Part shown: piece after piece, positions 30,462-41,738 of the stretch | How the letters are laid out: each line of letters opens with the position of its first letter | Position numbering within the stretch: position 1 is the stretch's first letter | Source: an uncultured delta proteobacterium | Lineage (GTDB): Bacteria > Desulfobacterota > Desulfomonilia > Desulfomonilales > Desulfomonilaceae | Reading direction: 5' to 3' | NCBI GenBank assembly: GCA_963789265.1 | Contig: CAWBKB010000003.1 | Span: 288,001-352,000 of the forward strand | Length of the DNA stretch: 64,000 bases | The notes under the pieces: model-generated | Databases searched by the model: none | What the model was told of the DNA's origin: nothing | Seen by the model: the letters and a program-made list of their open reading frames with translations, nothing else | Translations under genes and position numbers: made by a program

Positions 30462-31777
30462 GGAGTAGATTGAAAGAGGATATCGTTGTCGCTGCGTCTC
30501 GCGGTCTTGCCGTCAGCATCCAGTGGCTCTCTGGAAAAGAAAACAAAGAAGTCTTTCGAGTAGCCGTCCTCGTATCGTTTCAGCGTGTATTTGGACTGTT
30601 CCGGGGAAAGCCTCACCTTCCTTACAAGATTGCCGAAAGAATCCCTTATGAAAAGGTTCCCAACTATATTGTCAGGGTTGGCGTCACCGTGTATTCCCCG
30701 TTCGCATCCCGCCAGAACCAGCGCCTTGGCCAAATCCTTGCTGCCAATGTGATGTCCGATTGCAAATACGAGGTTGCCGTCCTTCCTAATCCCAAATGCG
30801 CTCCGATGAGCCACGAACCAGAAATGTTTGCCACTGTAATTCTTGCCGCCGCCGCCGAGCAGGAAGCCGAGGCCGATTTCGGAGTCTTGCAGGCGTCCGT
30901 TCTTCAGGACCGACTGCACGACCATTCCATTCTTCACTATGAGATGCTTGAGTTGCCGAGCATCGCGCACCTTGCTTAGAGGTATGCCGGAATGCCATTC
31001 CTGAATGTCGACCGAACCGTCGTTGTAAACGATGAGAGTAGCCATGCCCGGCACCATAGGATAGAGCACCTTGCCCCGGAAAATAGCTCCCGCGCCGCTG
31101 GAATGGCGTTCCATCCACATGGCATTGGTTATGGCCACGATGCGGGATCGGAGGGGGGACTCGATCTCTGAAGAAGCCAGGCGGGCGGCCGGTTCCTGAG
31201 ATCCCACGTAGTACTGCATGAACGCTTTGCTCATGTCGACGACCATCATGTATACGATGGCGTTCGGGAATTCGACACTCGGCCTGTAAAACGTCTTATA
31301 AATGATGGGCCTGCCGCGCGAATCCCGCGGGGTCTCGGACGACTCCCACACTCCTTCACCGGGGAGTCCCGGAGAGGTATAGAGCGGCTTAATATTGTCC
31401 AGACGTATTTGGTCCAAAGGATCGCGAGAGAGTAGATCAAACTCGGCTGCAACAGGAAGTACCACGGTTTCGGCGCTTGAATTGCCGTTACCTTGACCTT
31501 CGGGACGATGCTCCGCATTGGCTGTTACTTTTTCAGCATGTCTCCCGGCCCGAGCAACGAGAACGCCGCCGCGATCTCCATGACCGATTTCTTGGCGAGT
31601 TGAAAACGTTTGCTCAAAAGCCCTGGTACTGCGAGTTCCTGACTCTCTGTGGGCCGGGCCTCCATAAACCCAGGGCGTCCACAAACAGAGGACCGCCACC
31701 GTGACGGCCGGCAATATTCGTTCGCGCAATTCAGCCACCCTCATACAAAACTTACCCAGTATAAATCCCCAAGACAA
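30458..31777 (-). CDS. Exported protein with a phosphodiester glycosidase (NAGPA)-like domain
   Basis: 'GMATLIVY.DG.VDI', 'RSAFGIRKDGNLVFA', 'LAKAL..AGC...HGD.N'. Confidence 0.6.
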   Translation of the reverse strand: MSWGFILGKFCMRVAELRERILPAVTVAVLCLWTPWVYGGPAHRESGTRSTRAFEQTFSTRQEIGHGDRGGVLVARAGRHAEKVTANAEHRPEGQGNGNSSAETVVLPVAAEFDLLSRDPLDQIRLDNIKPLYTSPGLPGEGVWESSETPRDSRGRPIIYKTFYRPSVEFPNAIVYMMVVDMSKAFMQYYVGSQEPAARLASSEIESPLRSRIVAITNAMWMERHSSGAGAIFRGKVLYPMVPGMATLIVYNDGSVDIQEWHSGIPLSKVRDARQLKHLIVKNGMVVQSVLKNGRLQDSEIGLGFLLGGGGKNYSGKHFWFVAHRSAFGIRKDGNLVFAIGHHIGSKDLAKALVLAGCERGIHGDANPDNIVGNLFIRDSFGNLVRKVRLSPEQSKYTLKRYEDGYSKDFFVFFSREPLDADGKTARRSDNDILFQSTP

Positions 31778-32106
31778 TTCGTAGGGGCACTTTATTTCTA
31801 TACTCTAAAATGCGCTGAATTTCAATGAGAATTGAGGAGAAGAGCATCAAAGCCTCTGCCGCCGAGCCTCTGAATACTGGTGCAAAAGTCTCCGGTGGAC
31901 AGTTCCGGCCCTTATCCCCGGAATTCATGTGTGGGCCGGGCTGAAAAGCGCACTCGGGGAACGGTTAATCAGGCGGTTTGCAATTTTCGAGTGGACAGCG
32001 GTTGCGGCAAGAGTTAAAAAAAGAAGTTATAGACCGATTTCGGTTGCTACAACATGCGGGCCGGTTAGTAGTGGCAACCGCTATCACAATTAATAAGGCG
32101 GAAAGA

Positions 32107-32733
32107 ATGGTCGAACATCTGGCAGGATATTTCACGCAGGCGATTGAACAGGCCGGATACTTCGGAGCGGCATTTCTCATGGCGTTGGAGAGCATGGTGG
32201 CCCCAGTGCCGAGCGAGCTCGTGATGCCCTTTGTCGGATTCCTGGTAGTGGAAGAAAAGTTTTCGCTGGGCGGTGCCATCCTTGCAGCATCACTGGGCTC
32301 TGTCGTCGGTTCCCTTATTTCTTACTACATGGGCTACTTCGGCGGCAGACCCCTCGTTCTTAAGGTGGGCCGCTATCTTTTGCTTAATCGGGAACACCTG
32401 GAATGGACCGAACGGTGGTTTGGCCGGCACGGTTCGTGGACGATTCTTGTGAGCAGGTTTATTCCAGTCGTGCGCCATCTCATCTCCGTCCCCGCAGGTT
32501 TGGGCCGGATGAGGCTACTCGATTTTTGCGTGTACACAATCATCGGTGCAACAATGTGGAATTCCTTCCTCCTATGGTGTGGTTATAAATTGCGGAAGAA
32601 CTGGATGCTTGTAGAAAAGTATTCGCGTGAACTCGATCTGTTGATGGTCGTCGGCCTCATTGTGGTCATTGTATGGTTTGTTGCCGTTCATTTGAGGCGC
32701 GCTCGGGCAGTTGGGGCCTCGAGTGAGGAATGA
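32107..32733 (+). CDS. DedA family membrane protein
   Basis: 'LMALESM.APVPSELVMPF.GF', 'SRFIPVVRHLISVPAG'. Confidence 0.92.
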   Translation: MVEHLAGYFTQAIEQAGYFGAAFLMALESMVAPVPSELVMPFVGFLVVEEKFSLGGAILAASLGSVVGSLISYYMGYFGGRPLVLKVGRYLLLNREHLEWTERWFGRHGSWTILVSRFIPVVRHLISVPAGLGRMRLLDFCVYTIIGATMWNSFLLWCGYKLRKNWMLVEKYSRELDLLMVVGLIVVIVWFVAVHLRRARAVGASSEE

Positions 32734-32797
32734 TGCGGGGCGCGTTTCACGGGACGATTCTCTGAGCGGTCGACGGATTGGTCTAGACGGGAGCTTT

Positions 32798-32963
32798 TAG
32801 CCGTTGCCAAAAGTAATAACCTGTTCACCACCCGTCATTCCGGCGGAGGCCGGAATCCAGTCTTTTCAATCCCGCGTTCCTCGCGGGACTGGACCCCGGC
32901 CTTCGCCGGGGTGACGGTCTCAGGCTAACTCTAATCGGACAAAACTTTTGGCAATGGGTATAG
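32798..32963. repeat. MITE-like element with an internal REP pair
   Basis: TIR ccgttgccaaaagt / acttttggcaatgg enclosing gtcattccggcggaggccggaatccag ... ctggaccccggccttcgccggggtgac. Confidence 0.7.
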
Positions 32964-33128
32964 CCGTTTTAGCCAATTAATTGTTGATAAAATTTGTATG
33001 AAGCGTTAACCTTTCCCTATGTGAGTCATACAATTGTTTAGGATAGGGCAGAGTAATTCAATTTTAACAACTGCCGCGTTGCAACACCGGTGAATTTATT
33101 GAATGTCCATAACAAAGGAGGGGGTCTT

Positions 33129-34553
33129 ATGGAAGTAATGGAATGGATCAAGACTATGACTCGGGACCAGGTTGCAAACAGGATGGTGGACCTTGTCACC
33201 CATGTTTCGCCTGACAATTTCATGAGATTGAGCCTGATGGCTTCTTACCTGATCAGCGGGGAAGATGCCGGTGCAGCCGTGGAAGCTGTGATGGACAGCT
33301 TGAGACTGGGAGAAAACGGACAAGCCACCAAAATGTTCCGGCGTGTCATGACTGAGCTTTCGCCGCACTGCCTGAAGAGTGTGTCCCGCAATCTCTTTGT
33401 CAATGGGCTTCTGCGCAGCTCCGCGCTCCGCGAAGAGTTTTCAAAGAAGCATGGTTTTTCGCCTCCCTTTACCGTGCTGATTAGCCCGACAATGCAGTGC
33501 AATCTTCAGTGCAAGGGCTGTTATTCGGGGAAGTATACCCGGTACCAGGGATTATCCTACGAACTGATGGATCGCATCGTGGGTGAAGCTCGCGATTTCG
33601 GTTCCATGTTTATTGTTTTAAGCGGAGGGGAACCTCTGACACGCAGGGAAGATCTATTCCGTCTCGTCGAGAAATATAATGACATGTATTTCATGTTCTA
33701 CTCAAACGGCACCCTCATTGATGATGCAGTAGCCGACAGACTCTACAGTCTGGGTAATGCGGGCGCGGTTATGAGCCTCGAAGGATTTGAAGAGGCGACG
33801 GATGCCCGCCGCGGAAAAGGGGTCTTCAAGAAGGTTATGAGTGCGATGGATCGTCTCAGGGAGCGAGGTGTCGCTTTCGGTACTTCGCTCACTGTCACCC
33901 GGCGTAATATCGAGCAGTTGACCAGCGACGCCTTTTTCGAACATCTCTACAACAAAGGAGTAATGGTGTGCTGGCTCTTCCTCTTTTTGCCCGTGGGGAA
34001 AGACCCGGATGTTAGCTTAATGCCCACGCCTGAACAACGAGAGTACTTAAGGCAGCGCGGTAGCCAACTCCGCGAAAAATATCCAATATTCATCGCGGAT
34101 TTTTGGAACGATGCCCCGCACGTGGGGGGCTGTATTGCAGGCGGTCGCAATTACATTCACATTAATGCCAACGGAGACGTGGAGCCTTGCGTCTTTACCC
34201 ATTTCGCGGTGGACAAGATTCACGACAAGAGCTTGTTGGAGGTGCTTCAGAGCGATTTCTTCCGCAAGATTCGATCCAAACAGCCTTACTCTGAGAATCT
34301 CCTTACGCCATGCATGATTATAGATAACCCTAACGTTTACCGAGAGGTCGTACACTCTTGCAATGCCTATCCGACCCACGATGGGGCCGAAGATGTCCTG
34401 ACAAAGATTAAAGACGATCTGGACGATTATGCTCGCAGGTTCAGAGCGCTGTCGGATCCTATTTGGGAACGCGAAAAGGCGGAGTACGGGTACGAGGACA
34501 TCCCTTCTAAAGCATTGCCCGATAACGGCAGACAAGTCCCTGTGGGAAGATGA
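33129..34553 (+). CDS. Radical SAM/SPASM protein
   Basis: CNLQCKGC (CxxxCxxC), 'SGGEP', 'GGCIAGGRNYIHINANGDVEPCVF'. Confidence 0.9.
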   Translation: MEVMEWIKTMTRDQVANRMVDLVTHVSPDNFMRLSLMASYLISGEDAGAAVEAVMDSLRLGENGQATKMFRRVMTELSPHCLKSVSRNLFVNGLLRSSALREEFSKKHGFSPPFTVLISPTMQCNLQCKGCYSGKYTRYQGLSYELMDRIVGEARDFGSMFIVLSGGEPLTRREDLFRLVEKYNDMYFMFYSNGTLIDDAVADRLYSLGNAGAVMSLEGFEEATDARRGKGVFKKVMSAMDRLRERGVAFGTSLTVTRRNIEQLTSDAFFEHLYNKGVMVCWLFLFLPVGKDPDVSLMPTPEQREYLRQRGSQLREKYPIFIADFWNDAPHVGGCIAGGRNYIHINANGDVEPCVFTHFAVDKIHDKSLLEVLQSDFFRKIRSKQPYSENLLTPCMIIDNPNVYREVVHSCNAYPTHDGAEDVLTKIKDDLDDYARRFRALSDPIWEREKAEYGYEDIPSKALPDNGRQVPVGR

Positions 34554-34685
34554 GCAACGCAACAAAGATTACAAGAGAGAAGTTGCTGAGTGAAGGCGCG
34601 GTTGCCTCAAGTACCGTGGCTTCGTTGGTATTTTAGCCCCACCTGATGAATCCGCCGCTGCCAAGGGACCGGAAACAATGTTGGC

Positions 34686-34792
34686 GTAGGATGCCGGTGA
34701 GCCTGCGCTATGCGAGAGAGAACCGTCCCGCGAACGCGGGATTTGCGATCTTTTCTCGATTGATGCGGTTCGCTACGCTCTCCACATCCTAA
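34686..34792. repeat. REP-like palindrome pair
   Basis: gtaggatg..gagc...aaccg ... gcggttcgctacgctc..catccta. Confidence 0.55.
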
Positions 34793-35075
34793 CTTGAATC
34801 TTCGGATTTTGCTCCGCTTGCATGCACAGCGGAACGTACTGAAGCCTGCGCCTCAATGGAAGTTTTTTCTCCCATTCTCCGAGAGGGACGGTCACAACCC
34901 GGATTCTCTCCCTCCCCAAAAAGTCGAAACCCCGCGGATACATAGAAGCCAATGAACGGATTTTTCGAGGACCTGCGCTTGACTCAAGCGCTCTCCGATG
35001 TTACACAAATCCGATTACCTCGTTTCTTTCCATCGTTTGTCTTGATGGACAATAGCTCAACATGAGGCCCGGTGT

Positions 35076-35978
35076 ATGCTCACATTTCAGGAGTTGATCC
35101 TTTCCCTGGAGAAATTCTGGTCGGATCGCGGATGCGTGCTTCAGCAACCGTACGACATTGAGAAGGGCGCTGGCACCATGAATCCCGCGACCTTTCTGCG
35201 AGTCCTAGGCCCGGAGCCCTGGAATGTGGCTTACGTGGAGCCTTCCCGAAGACCCACTGACGGCCGTTACGGCGAAAACCCGAACAGATTGCAACACTAC
35301 TACCAATATCAGGTTATTCTGAAGCCCTCCCCTCTCGATGTCCAGGACATATACATTGAGTCTTTGACTGCGTTTGGGATCGATCCCTTGGCCCATGACA
35401 TACGCTTCGTGGAAGACGACTGGGAATCACCCACGCTGGGTGCCTGGGGAGTTGGATGGGAGGTCTGGCTTGACGGGATGGAGATCACCCAGTTTACTTA
35501 CTTTCAGCAGGCCGGGGGATTGGATATGAAGCCCGTCTCCGTAGAACTTACGTACGGCATCGAGCGCATCTGCATGTATCTTCAAGGAGTTGAAAGCGTT
35601 TACGACCTGAAATGGACAAGGGACATTTCGTACGGAGACGTGCATCATCGCTCGGAAGTGGAGGGCTCGATCTATAATTTCGACAAGGCAAACACTGACA
35701 TGCTCTTCAAGCTCTTTGACATGTACGAGGCTGAAGCAGACGCGCTGCTGGATGCAGACGAGCCCCTGGTCCTTCCCGGATATGACTATTGTTTGAAGTG
35801 CTCACACGTGTTCAACATACTCGATGCCAGGGGCGCGATTAGCGTCGCGGAGCGCACTGCCTATATTCATCGCGTGCGAAATCTAGCCCGTAAGGCTGCG
35901 TCGGCATATTTGGCCCAGAGGGAGGCCATGGGATTTCCGCTCCTGGATAAATTCCGTGAAGGTAGGGCTGCATCATGA
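35076..35978 (+). CDS. glyQ: Glycine-tRNA ligase alpha subunit
   Basis: '[12 protein letters not shown]', '[19 protein letters not shown]', 'ELTYGIER'. Confidence 0.98.
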   Translation: MLTFQELILSLEKFWSDRGCVLQQPYDIEKGAGTMNPATFLRVLGPEPWNVAYVEPSRRPTDGRYGENPNRLQHYYQYQVILKPSPLDVQDIYIESLTAFGIDPLAHDIRFVEDDWESPTLGAWGVGWEVWLDGMEITQFTYFQQAGGLDMKPVSVELTYGIERICMYLQGVESVYDLKWTRDISYGDVHHRSEVEGSIYNFDKANTDMLFKLFDMYEAEADALLDADEPLVLPGYDYCLKCSHVFNILDARGAISVAERTAYIHRVRNLARKAASAYLAQREAMGFPLLDKFREGRAAS

Positions 35979-38059
35979 ATGGCGAATTCCTCCTGGAAAT
36001 CGGTACGGAGGAGATCCCGGCAGGCTTCATCGGTCCGGCGACCGAGTCTCTTTCAGATCTCTTCGCAAAGGCTATGAGTAGCGCCCGCATTGCGCACGGC
36101 CCAATCGAAACTTACGCGACGCCCAGACGACTGGTCTTGTGCGCGTCAGATGTGGCGGATCACCAGCCGTCCGTACAAGTGGAAAGAACCGGGCCGCCCG
36201 TAGCATCGGCGTTCGACGAGCAAGGGAATCCCACCAAAGCCGCTATAGGATTTGCACGAAGCCAGGGGGTTGAAGTCGCGGACCTGGTCATAGCAAAGAC
36301 CTCTAGGGGGGAGCAGCTAGCGGTCCGTAAAATCGAAGAAGGACGGCCCACCGGCCAGGTACTGGCGGATATCCTGCCAGGGCTAATGGAAGGGATAAAC
36401 TTTCCGAAGACAATGCGTTGGATGGATCTGGTCGTGCGGTTCGCGAGGCCCATACATTGGATTGTCGCGCTATTCAATGGACAAGTGGTGCCGTTTGTCT
36501 TCGGAAACATCCGCAGCGGCAATACTAGCCGCGGTCACCGATTTAAGAATCCTGTGGCCTTTCAGGTGAGCAGCTTGAAGGACCTTCGGGAAGCGTTGGA
36601 AAAGCAGGACGTGGTTCTGGATCAGGACAAGCGACGCAGCCGCATAAAGACGAATGTGAAAGAGCTGGCAGCACTCGCGGATCTTCAGGTCTTCGATGAC
36701 CCCGAGCTTCTGGATGAAGTGAATTTTCTGGTGGAGAGCCCGTACCCGATCATGGGAGAGTTTTCGGAGGATTTCCTGGAGCTTCCCGCGTCCATTCTGA
36801 TAACCTGCATGAAAAAGCATCAACGGTACTTTTCCGTTCAAGATAAAGAAGGTCGCATCACAAACAGGTTTATCGCAGTCAATAATACCCCTGTTAAAGA
36901 TCCTTTGGCCTCGGTCCGCGGCCATCAAAGGGTCCTGAAAGCCAGGCTCGAGGACGCACGGTTCTACTTCCGCGAAGACAGAAGAATCCCTCTGTTCGAC
37001 AGACTTGAAGCGCTCAAAGGGGTGGTTTTTCATTCCAAGTTGGGAACTGCTTATGAAAAGGTCGAGCGATTCGCTAATCTGGCAGTAAAACTGGCCGAAC
37101 TCTTTGCTCCTGAGAAGATCGCGGAAGTTGAACGGGCTGCATGGTTGTGCAAGTGTGACTTGGAAACAGGCATTGTTTACGAATTTCCGGAATTGCAGGG
37201 TATCATCGGCAGCTACTACGCCAGAATGGACGGAGAATCGGACGAGATTGCTACAGCCGTGAGGGAGCACTATCTGCCGGCACGTGCGGGAGATAGCCTC
37301 CCAAAAGGTATCATTGGCTCCCTGGTCTCTATAGCCGACAGGATGGACACGATAGCCGGCTGCTTCAGTGTGGGCCTGATCCCAACCGGCGCGGCCGATC
37401 CTTATGCTCTCAGGCGGCACGCACTTGGAATTATCCAAATTCTTTTGTACCTGCATCGCCCGCTCAATATCGCTTGGCTGGCGGCACAGGCAATAGATCT
37501 GTTGGCAGAGAAACGGACCCGCGAAACGAACGAGGTTAAGGCTGAAGTTCTTGATTTCTTTCGAACCCGTTTCGTAAATTTCCACACCTTGAGAGACTTC
37601 CCGTTGGATGTGGTCGAAGCTGCCGTAAGAGCTAGATTCGATGATGTCGTGGATGCTCGCAGGCGAGTGGAAGCATTGAATCAATGGAAGAGCCGCGAGG
37701 ACTTCGATCCCATTATAATCGGCTTCAAGCGAGTAGTTAACATCCTAAAGGACACCCAGCCGCAGCAAATGTCACAGAAATTACTTCAGGAGGATGAAGA
37801 AAGAAAGCTGTACCGGGCCTTCCAGGACGTGTCCGAGCGTGCCGACCCGCTCATCCAACGGGGGGAATATACCGAGGCTCTGGGAATAATTGCTGAACTC
37901 AAGTCGCCCATCGACATATTCTTTGATGGGGTGATGGTGATGGTGGATGACGAACGGTTGCGTAACAACAGGCTCGGCCTACTGCGAAAAATAGCTGATT
38001 TCTTCGGTAGGATCGCTGATTTTTCATTTATCGGCTCGACGGCTGTAAGCAAGTCATAG
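35975..38059 (+). CDS. glyS: Glycine-tRNA ligase beta subunit
   Basis: '[12 protein letters not shown]', 'ATPRRL', 'EFPELQG', 'DPYALRR', 'NRLGLL'. Confidence 0.97.
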   Translation: MNGEFLLEIGTEEIPAGFIGPATESLSDLFAKAMSSARIAHGPIETYATPRRLVLCASDVADHQPSVQVERTGPPVASAFDEQGNPTKAAIGFARSQGVEVADLVIAKTSRGEQLAVRKIEEGRPTGQVLADILPGLMEGINFPKTMRWMDLVVRFARPIHWIVALFNGQVVPFVFGNIRSGNTSRGHRFKNPVAFQVSSLKDLREALEKQDVVLDQDKRRSRIKTNVKELAALADLQVFDDPELLDEVNFLVESPYPIMGEFSEDFLELPASILITCMKKHQRYFSVQDKEGRITNRFIAVNNTPVKDPLASVRGHQRVLKARLEDARFYFREDRRIPLFDRLEALKGVVFHSKLGTAYEKVERFANLAVKLAELFAPEKIAEVERAAWLCKCDLETGIVYEFPELQGIIGSYYARMDGESDEIATAVREHYLPARAGDSLPKGIIGSLVSIADRMDTIAGCFSVGLIPTGAADPYALRRHALGIIQILLYLHRPLNIAWLAAQAIDLLAEKRTRETNEVKAEVLDFFRTRFVNFHTLRDFPLDVVEAAVRARFDDVVDARRRVEALNQWKSREDFDPIIIGFKRVVNILKDTQPQQMSQKLLQEDEERKLYRAFQDVSERADPLIQRGEYTEALGIIAELKSPIDIFFDGVMVMVDDERLRNNRLGLLRKIADFFGRIADFSFIGSTAVSKS

Positions 38060-38383
38060 GCCCTGGCTCAATCCCGCCAGGCACGGGGTTAAGTTGGCGC
38101 GTATTCCCGCGTGGGCAGAGCATAATAGAGCACTTGTTCAAGTGCGCCATCAAACAAGCGACAATCCCCGGAGGTATGGTGGGGCATCCCGCGTTCCGCG
38201 CTGGATCACCCCGGACTTCGATCCGGGGTATGTAGGGGCGGACCCGCGTGTCCGCCCGGGGCAGACACATAGGTCCCCCTACAATTGATGCCCGCGTACG
38301 CGGGCATGACGACAGGCAATCACGCCCGGGCGTGACTGTCCCACTAAAAACACGACGTCTCTTGTTTGAAAGCGAATCGGTAT
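38055..38383. repeat. REP-mosaic intergenic repeat (family C)
   Basis: gtaggggcggacccgcgtgtccgcc...cccctac plus the end ttgaaagcgaatcggta shared with 3290-3502. Confidence 0.6.
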
Positions 38384-40056
38384 CAAAGGGTGGCCTTCAG
38401 AAAGGACGCCAGGTTCTGCCGCGATTTGGGTAGAACAAGTTTTTTTCTTATGTTTTTGCGATGCACGAGAACGGTTTGTGGCGATATGCCCATCACCTTG
38501 GCAATCTGCTTCGAGGACAAACCCGAGCGGATCATCTCGCATATTCGGATCTCACGCGGCGTCAATGACGGGCTGTTACAGGCTAGATCCGAACCAAATG
38601 ATGAGAGCATGTTGGCTAGATTGAATTCGAGGGACCTCAGAAGAAAATTTGCCTTGTCCGGAAGATCCTGAGACCTCAATTGCTCAAGTATCGGCTGGAC
38701 TGTAAGATTTAGGTTATGAGAAATCCTTCTCTCGACCTCTTTTTTCTGCTCCTCGATTCCTTGTATAATTACCTTAAGCGCCTCGTTGGTCTTTTCAAGG
38801 CTCGCAGAATATCGCTTCAGTTCAGTACGTGAGTTTTTAAGGTCCCTAGTTCGTTCTTCCACTTTGGCTTCAAGGGAAGTCGAGTACTGCTCCAAAGCTT
38901 CGTGGCTCGATCGCGATGCCTCTTCCGCTGCTTTAGTGTCACTGATGTCCCGCAACGTTACAATGATGCCCTTGGCATTGTTCTCTCCATCCAGCAGAAT
39001 TGAACTGTGCATGAGGACAGGAACTACGACCCCGTCTGCGCGAGTATGCTGGATTTCAGCACTGTGTTTGCCCCGCCGCTGCACGAGTCGGAAAGCTTGG
39101 CAAACACACCCGGCCTGGCTGGGAGAGTGGAATCCTGCAAGGCCGTTCCGGGTCATTTGCTCGGGTACACAGCCGTGCATGGCCGCGAATGCCTTGTTCA
39201 CAAACATCAAAGTGCCATTGAGATCTGTCACGGCAAGCCCCTCGGAACTCTGCTCTATGGCTTGAGAAAGGAGTCTGAGGCGCTCTTCAGCCTTCTTTTG
39301 TTCGGTGATATCGCGGAAAACCAGGACGAGCCCGGCGATGTTGCCCTGGGAATCTCGGATCGGGGCAGCCTTGAATTCAACGTCCACCGGCGAAGCACCC
39401 TTCGATTTCAGCAGAGAATGGTGGCAGCGGGCCGTGTTGTCGGCTCCAGCGGCAAGTTCGTCCGCCAAGCTCACCGGCTGGGTCTTGCCTCGGCACCGTC
39501 CTATGTTGAAGACCGCTTCTAATGGTCTTCCCTTTGCTTCGGCCGAGGTCCACCCCGACAATGATTCCGCGACGGGGTTCATGAACTTGACTGAGCCTTT
39601 CTCATCCGTGGCAATAAGAGCATCTGCGATGCTGTCAAGCATTACTGAAAGCCACTCTTGAGGCTCTCCGGGGCTTCTCCTGAGCCCGTGTCTGAAAAGA
39701 GCCATCTCTATCGTGGAGTCCAGTTCTTTTTCGTGGAAGGGCTTGATCAAGTACCCGAAGGGTTCAGTCACTCTTGCCCTATCCGGCATTTCTTCGTCCG
39801 CGTAGCCGGTGAGACAGATAATAGGAATCTTGAAGCGGCTGTGAATAAGGCGAGCAGCGTCGATGCCATTCATGGGGCCTTTCAGAACGACATCAACCAG
39901 TGCGAGGTCCGGCTGTTCGGCTTCAGCCTTCCTGATGGCTTCCTCGCCCGTCTTGGCGGTTGAGCAAACCTCATATCCGAGCTCTTGGAGGCTGCTTAGT
40001 ATATCCCGAGCAATGATCCCTTCCTCCTCGACTACCAATACCCTCGCTTTGGGCAT
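38383..40056 (-). CDS. REC-PAS-PAS-LuxR transcriptional regulator
   Basis: N-terminal receiver ('PDLALVDV', 'TEPFGYLIKPF'), two PAS/PAC domains, C-terminal 'LTPREIRIC...GLSSKQIA...TV..HRKNIRKKL'. Confidence 0.9.
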   Translation of the reverse strand: MPKARVLVVEEEGIIARDILSSLQELGYEVCSTAKTGEEAIRKAEAEQPDLALVDVVLKGPMNGIDAARLIHSRFKIPIICLTGYADEEMPDRARVTEPFGYLIKPFHEKELDSTIEMALFRHGLRRSPGEPQEWLSVMLDSIADALIATDEKGSVKFMNPVAESLSGWTSAEAKGRPLEAVFNIGRCRGKTQPVSLADELAAGADNTARCHHSLLKSKGASPVDVEFKAAPIRDSQGNIAGLVLVFRDITEQKKAEERLRLLSQAIEQSSEGLAVTDLNGTLMFVNKAFAAMHGCVPEQMTRNGLAGFHSPSQAGCVCQAFRLVQRRGKHSAEIQHTRADGVVVPVLMHSSILLDGENNAKGIIVTLRDISDTKAAEEASRSSHEALEQYSTSLEAKVEERTRDLKNSRTELKRYSASLEKTNEALKVIIQGIEEQKKEVERRISHNLNLTVQPILEQLRSQDLPDKANFLLRSLEFNLANMLSSFGSDLACNSPSLTPREIRICEMIRSGLSSKQIAKVMGISPQTVLVHRKNIRKKLVLPKSRQNLASFLKATL

Positions 40057-40291
40057 AGCTTCGCCCTCCGAACCGCATGGTCTTGCTATAGAGTTTTATA
40101 TCACTTGGCGCAGGAAGGCGGAATAGCAAGAAAGAAGAAGGAGTGGCATCCGTCCGGATTGGGCATTTGTACGCTACGGATACGGTCTTGTGGACCCGTG
40201 GGATATTTTGGGAACACCTTCACATTGGAGTGTAACATATATGCCTGTGCGAGTGAGCAAACCGCGGGTCGCACCCGACAGTTGACTTCCC

Positions 40292-41116
40292 CTATGCGCT
40301 TCCATCGAGCGTCAAATATCGGAAGTCAACCCACCCGGCGCGGCCCGATGGAGTAATCACTCTGAACCACATGGAATCCCTGAGAAGACGCTTTTCCGTG
40401 ACCTTCACCCGTTGTCCTGCCGAAAGTTTTTCAATAATCTCGGAGTTCGGTTGAGGCCGTTTGTGGACACGTAACCTTTCGGGCACAACGTGGCCCTGGC
40501 GGTTGAGATCCATCGAGTAGCCTCGGTCGCTTTCATAATTCCTGGTTTGAAATCGCTTCCCCGAAGCCCTATGGATGCTCGCGGCTGATGATGCCTTTGC
40601 TTCTCTGCCAAACCCCACATTATCGCTGCTTGCCCTCCCGGTTTGAGAATTTAGTGGTTTTCCCGCTAATAACCCCTCAGGCGGACTGCCTGCACCGCTA
40701 AAAGCTTCGAGGTCTTTCACATTCGGGACTTGTCCGCGCAGCCGGGTCTGCAAGAGAAGACTGTTGGTAGCGGACTCCTTCCTGAGGCTTTCAATCATCC
40801 CTGTCAATTCGGCTATCGCCCGAAGACCTTTCTCTTGCTTTTTGCACATACTCGTTACGCAGGCTATTCTTTCGCGGATAGTTGAAGAAGTCCACAGAAA
40901 GTAGATTTGAATCATACAGGTGAAAAACACCAAACTGAGCAAGAGATGACAAAAGTGCCGGAACGGCAAAAGCTCCTGTTCGGCCTCGTCCGCGCAAGAT
41001 GAGGACTGGAGTCTTCTCTTTAACCAGAAGTACCACAATATAAGGAACGCGGCCATAGCCGTGAGCTGAAGGGCGGCGACGGTGATGTATATTGCCATGC
41101 GGCGAGAACCTCCCAT
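40292..41116 (-). CDS. Membrane protein with a C-terminal SH3b-like domain
   Basis: Two N-terminal TM helices; 'LRVHKRP...SEII..L..GQRV.V...WFRV.TPSG..GWV...YL'. Confidence 0.7.
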   Translation of the reverse strand: MGGSRRMAIYITVAALQLTAMAAFLILWYFWLKRRLQSSSCADEAEQELLPFRHFCHLLLSLVFFTCMIQIYFLWTSSTIRERIACVTSMCKKQEKGLRAIAELTGMIESLRKESATNSLLLQTRLRGQVPNVKDLEAFSGAGSPPEGLLAGKPLNSQTGRASSDNVGFGREAKASSAASIHRASGKRFQTRNYESDRGYSMDLNRQGHVVPERLRVHKRPQPNSEIIEKLSAGQRVKVTEKRLLRDSMWFRVITPSGRAGWVDFRYLTLDGSA

Positions 41117-41247
41117 TGGTTTGTTGATTTATTTATCATTAAAACCAACTAATTGCAACAATTATTTAAAGTAACATCCGATAGTAGACGCTGCTAGGCT
41201 TGGTCATTTGTTCGTGCCGTGACGGAAGCCGGGTGCGTATTTCGTTG

Positions 41248-41374
41248 CCCTCACTCCGGCCCTCTCCCAGAGGGAGAGGGAGCTGTTCCAAAGTAGCTAT
41301 TATGGTCCCCGCTCCCTTTGGGATAGGGGATTTCGTATTACGATTTTTCCGGTTCAAGTGTTTTGAGATAGTTC
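41248..41374. repeat. REP hairpin plus a short family-B MITE copy
   Basis: ccctctcccagaggggagaggg followed by ...tacgatttttccggttcaagtgttttgagatagttc, which is homologous to the right end of 12699-12906. Confidence 0.55.
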
Positions 41375-41738
41375 TGGCTGCTCGTCCCACCGGCAATTTA
41401 AGCCCTTAGATAAAAAAATTGGTTTCCCGAGGGACGCGGGACCCGCAATCACAATCTTTTGCCGCACGTAACCGAGGCTTAGCCGGGCCGTATCCGGAAT
41501 TCATTGACTTCTCGTGCAAATTGAGATAGGCAGGATACCGGATGCAGGCTCAGAGGATTATGACTTTCTCATGCCGGCAACTTTCCGCGATCGAGTAAGG
41601 CGTCCTAATTCCGCAACCTTATTAACAGAGTGTTCTACCCAAGGACTTTTCACATTCGCCAACAAGCGGGGCGGTCACCATGAGTTTACACGCTTGAAAC
41701 CGTCTCAACGAATTTCGGCAAATCGCGTCCGAGGGCCC

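Noticed and set aside
36470..37684. 404-aa minus-strand ORF, and similar long ORFs at 20580-21551 and 27068-28186
   Set aside because: Antisense shadows of glyS, purD and the dehydrogenase/lsrF genes.
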